IMG/VR virus record: IMGVR_UViG_3300045412_000768
Span: 1-25,102 of that record
From: a virus
Taxonomy: Duplodnaviria; Caudoviricetes
Length of the DNA stretch: 25,102 nucleotides
Direction: 5' to 3' (one strand)
The notes under the pieces were generated by a model. That model ran no database searches. It had not been told where the DNA came from and saw only the letters and a list, made by a program, of their open reading frames with translations. The translations under genes and the position numbers were made by a program. Positions 23,424 to 25,102 of this stretch are shown in pieces (position 1 is the first letter of the stretch; the number at the start of each line of letters is the position of its first letter).

Positions 23424-23933
23424 ATGAGCGGCGGCCTGCTCCTCGAGATCGAGACGCTCGACGTGTTGGCGCCGACGCTGCGCCGGATGAAGGCGGCGGC
23501 GGTCGACCTGTCGGCGCCGATGGCCGAGGCCTCCGAAGTGATGCTGGAGGACAGTTTCGAGAATTTCCGCGGCGAGCATGATCCGCTGGGCATTCCCTGG
23601 GCAAAGTCCGCCGCGGCGATCGAGGAAGGCCGCAAGACCTTGTTCGACAGCGGCGACCTGTTCAACGCGCTCGAGCGCCAGAGCGGCGAGGATTTCGCAG
23701 CCGTCGGCGTGTATCAGACGGGCGGTCCGGCGATTTATGGCCGCATCCACCAGTGGGGCGGCACGATTCGCGCCAAAGTCGGCAAGGCGCTGAAGACGCC
23801 CTTCGGCTATCGCGCCAGCGTCACGATGCCGCGGCGATCGTTCCTCGGCTTCTCTGACGATGCAATCATGCGGATCGACCGTATTCTCGTGCGCCACCTG
23901 CTCCGCGCGTTCGGCCAGGGCGCATCGGCATGA
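23424..23933 (+). CDS. Virion morphogenesis / tail completion protein (Mu gpG-like)
   Basis: F..EHDP.G.PW, TL.DSG.L, YGRIHQWGG, MPRRSFLGFS. Confidence 0.88.
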   Translation: MSGGLLLEIETLDVLAPTLRRMKAAAVDLSAPMAEASEVMLEDSFENFRGEHDPLGIPWAKSAAAIEEGRKTLFDSGDLFNALERQSGEDFAAVGVYQTGGPAIYGRIHQWGGTIRAKVGKALKTPFGYRASVTMPRRSFLGFSDDAIMRIDRILVRHLLRAFGQGASA

Positions 23934-24352
23934 TCGCGGCGGCGCCGATCGTCGATCGCCTCGAGGCGCGTGGCTGCAAGAAGGTCGAGGGGTTGATCGA
24001 ATTCGCCGGTCTGAAGAACGCGCCCGCGATCAGTCCGGCCTATTTCGTCATTCCCGCGCGCGACGCCGCGCCGCGCGACAGCGATCAGACCGGAATCCAT
24101 GACCAGCGCGTCCAGGCACAATTCCGCGTCGTCATCGTCGTGAAGCCGGCAGTGCGCGTCGAGGGCGGCATCTCGCGCCAGCTCGAGGAAGAAGAGCGCC
24201 GCGTGATCGATGCGCTGATCGGCTGGACGCACCCCGACGCCGCGGGGCCGGTCAACTATGCGGGTGGGTCGCTCCTGTCCGCTGACGGGTGGGGGGTCGC
24301 GTGGGCCGTCGACTTTAGGACGGCGTGGAGACTCAGGAAAGGAACGAGCTGA
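23930..24352 (+). CDS. Tail terminator (gp37-like)
   Basis: PAYFVIP, F.V.IVV, VIDALIGWTHP; position before the tube gene. Confidence 0.75.
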   Translation: MIAAAPIVDRLEARGCKKVEGLIEFAGLKNAPAISPAYFVIPARDAAPRDSDQTGIHDQRVQAQFRVVIVVKPAVRVEGGISRQLEEEERRVIDALIGWTHPDAAGPVNYAGGSLLSADGWGVAWAVDFRTAWRLRKGTS

Positions 24353-24648
24353 TGGCGGAAGGTGGCACCGATATCGCGCCCCAGTCAAGCGGCGACGAAG
24401 AAATCGTCGACACCCAGCCCACCGCGACGGGCGGCAAGGGGCGGAAGGGCAAGCCGGCGGCGGCCGAGCCCGAAGCCACCCAGGGCGATCCGACGCGGCC
24501 GATGCCGGTCGACGAAGATACCGGGCTTGCGCTCGACCAATGGGGTTTGCCGATCTCCGGCCCGGCGCGCCTGCGCTGGCTGGCCGATGCCGGCATCGAA
24601 GTCGATCCGGCGCTGATCCCCGCCGAAGAGGAGAATGACAATGGTTGA
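24352..24648 (+). CDS. Hypothetical acidic protein (98 aa)
   Basis: TGATG coupling; fills the gap to the tube gene. Confidence 0.7.
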   Translation: MAEGGTDIAPQSSGDEEIVDTQPTATGGKGRKGKPAAAEPEATQGDPTRPMPVDEDTGLALDQWGLPISGPARLRWLADAGIEVDPALIPAEEENDNG

Positions 24649-25102
24649 TGCGGTCAAAGTCCTGACCTCGAAAAAGGAGACGGTTTACGGCACCGACGCC
24701 GCGCCGACCCTTGCCGCCAACGCGATCCTGACGCGCAACTTCTCGGCGACGCCGGTCGAGGTCGACGCGCTGCAGCGCAACCTCGACAGCGGCAGCTTCG
24801 GCGCAACGCCGCAGGCTTCGACAAACGAGCGCCAGTCGATCCGCTTCGAAACCGAAATGGCCGGTTCCGGCGCCGCGGGCACCGCGCCGCCGTGGATGGA
24901 GCTGCTTGAGGGATGCGGCATGGCCGCTCCGGTGCTCGTCGCGACGACGAGCGCGACCCAGCAGTTTGCCGCCGCCAGCGCGGCACAGTCGTCGCTGACC
25001 CACTATCACTGGATGGGCAACCAGCGGCGCAAGGCGCTCGGTTCGCGCGGCACCTTCGGTATCAACTGGACCGCGGGCGCCTATCCTTTCCTCAATTTTG
25101 CC
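24641..25102 (+). CDS. Tail tube (major tail) protein, truncated by the window edge (not in ORF track)
   Basis: GAGGAG RBS; open to the end: MVDAVKVLTSKKETVYGTDAAPT..EMAGSGAAGTAPPW..LLEGCG..GSRGTF. Confidence 0.8.
   Translation, partial: MVDAVKVLTSKKETVYGTDAAPTLAANAILTRNFSATPVEVDALQRNLDSGSFGATPQASTNERQSIRFETEMAGSGAAGTAPPWMELLEGCGMAAPVLVATTSATQQFAAASAAQSSLTHYHWMGNQRRKALGSRGTFGINWTAGAYPFLNFA

Larger units (their letters stand above)
1034..25102. mobile_element. Mu-like transposable prophage (left boundary approximate; right part outside window)
   Basis: MuA/MuB, Ner, Gam, gp25-29, gpF, protease, capsid, gp36/G/gp37-like and tail tube genes; candidate terminal TG at 1034 (or 1036) followed by a repeat-rich non-coding tract. 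Confidence 0.92.

Overview
High-GC DNA, probably alphaproteobacterial (inferred from an alpha-type LexA box and LexA-like domain). Bases 1-~1033 are a divergent CI-like (HTH+S24) / Cro-like gene pair with TAGGA-N4-TCCTA operators, probably host flank. From ~1034 to the end of the window is a Mu-like transposable prophage that continues past the right edge; a tube-like gene and no visible sheath suggest a non-contractile tail. The layout is unusual. The repressor is central (17755-18459). ner, transposase A, B, early genes, gam, a Mor/C-like activator, gp25-27, terminase, portal, gpF and a DNA adenine methylase all read leftward, while protease/scaffold, capsid, neck and tail genes read rightward. 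The main finding is a complete Acb1-like (anti-CBASS, 2H phosphoesterase) domain inside the portal protein. It is bracketed by SFA motifs that also recur five times in the phage's protease/scaffold, suggesting a protease-released anti-defence cargo. Other findings: a LexA box at the methylase start plus a stand-alone LexA DNA-binding-domain gene, a shared late-promoter palindrome, a frameshifted late activator, and an array of small genes with repeated junctions between portal and gpF. All family calls come from motif recognition by eye, not from database searches.
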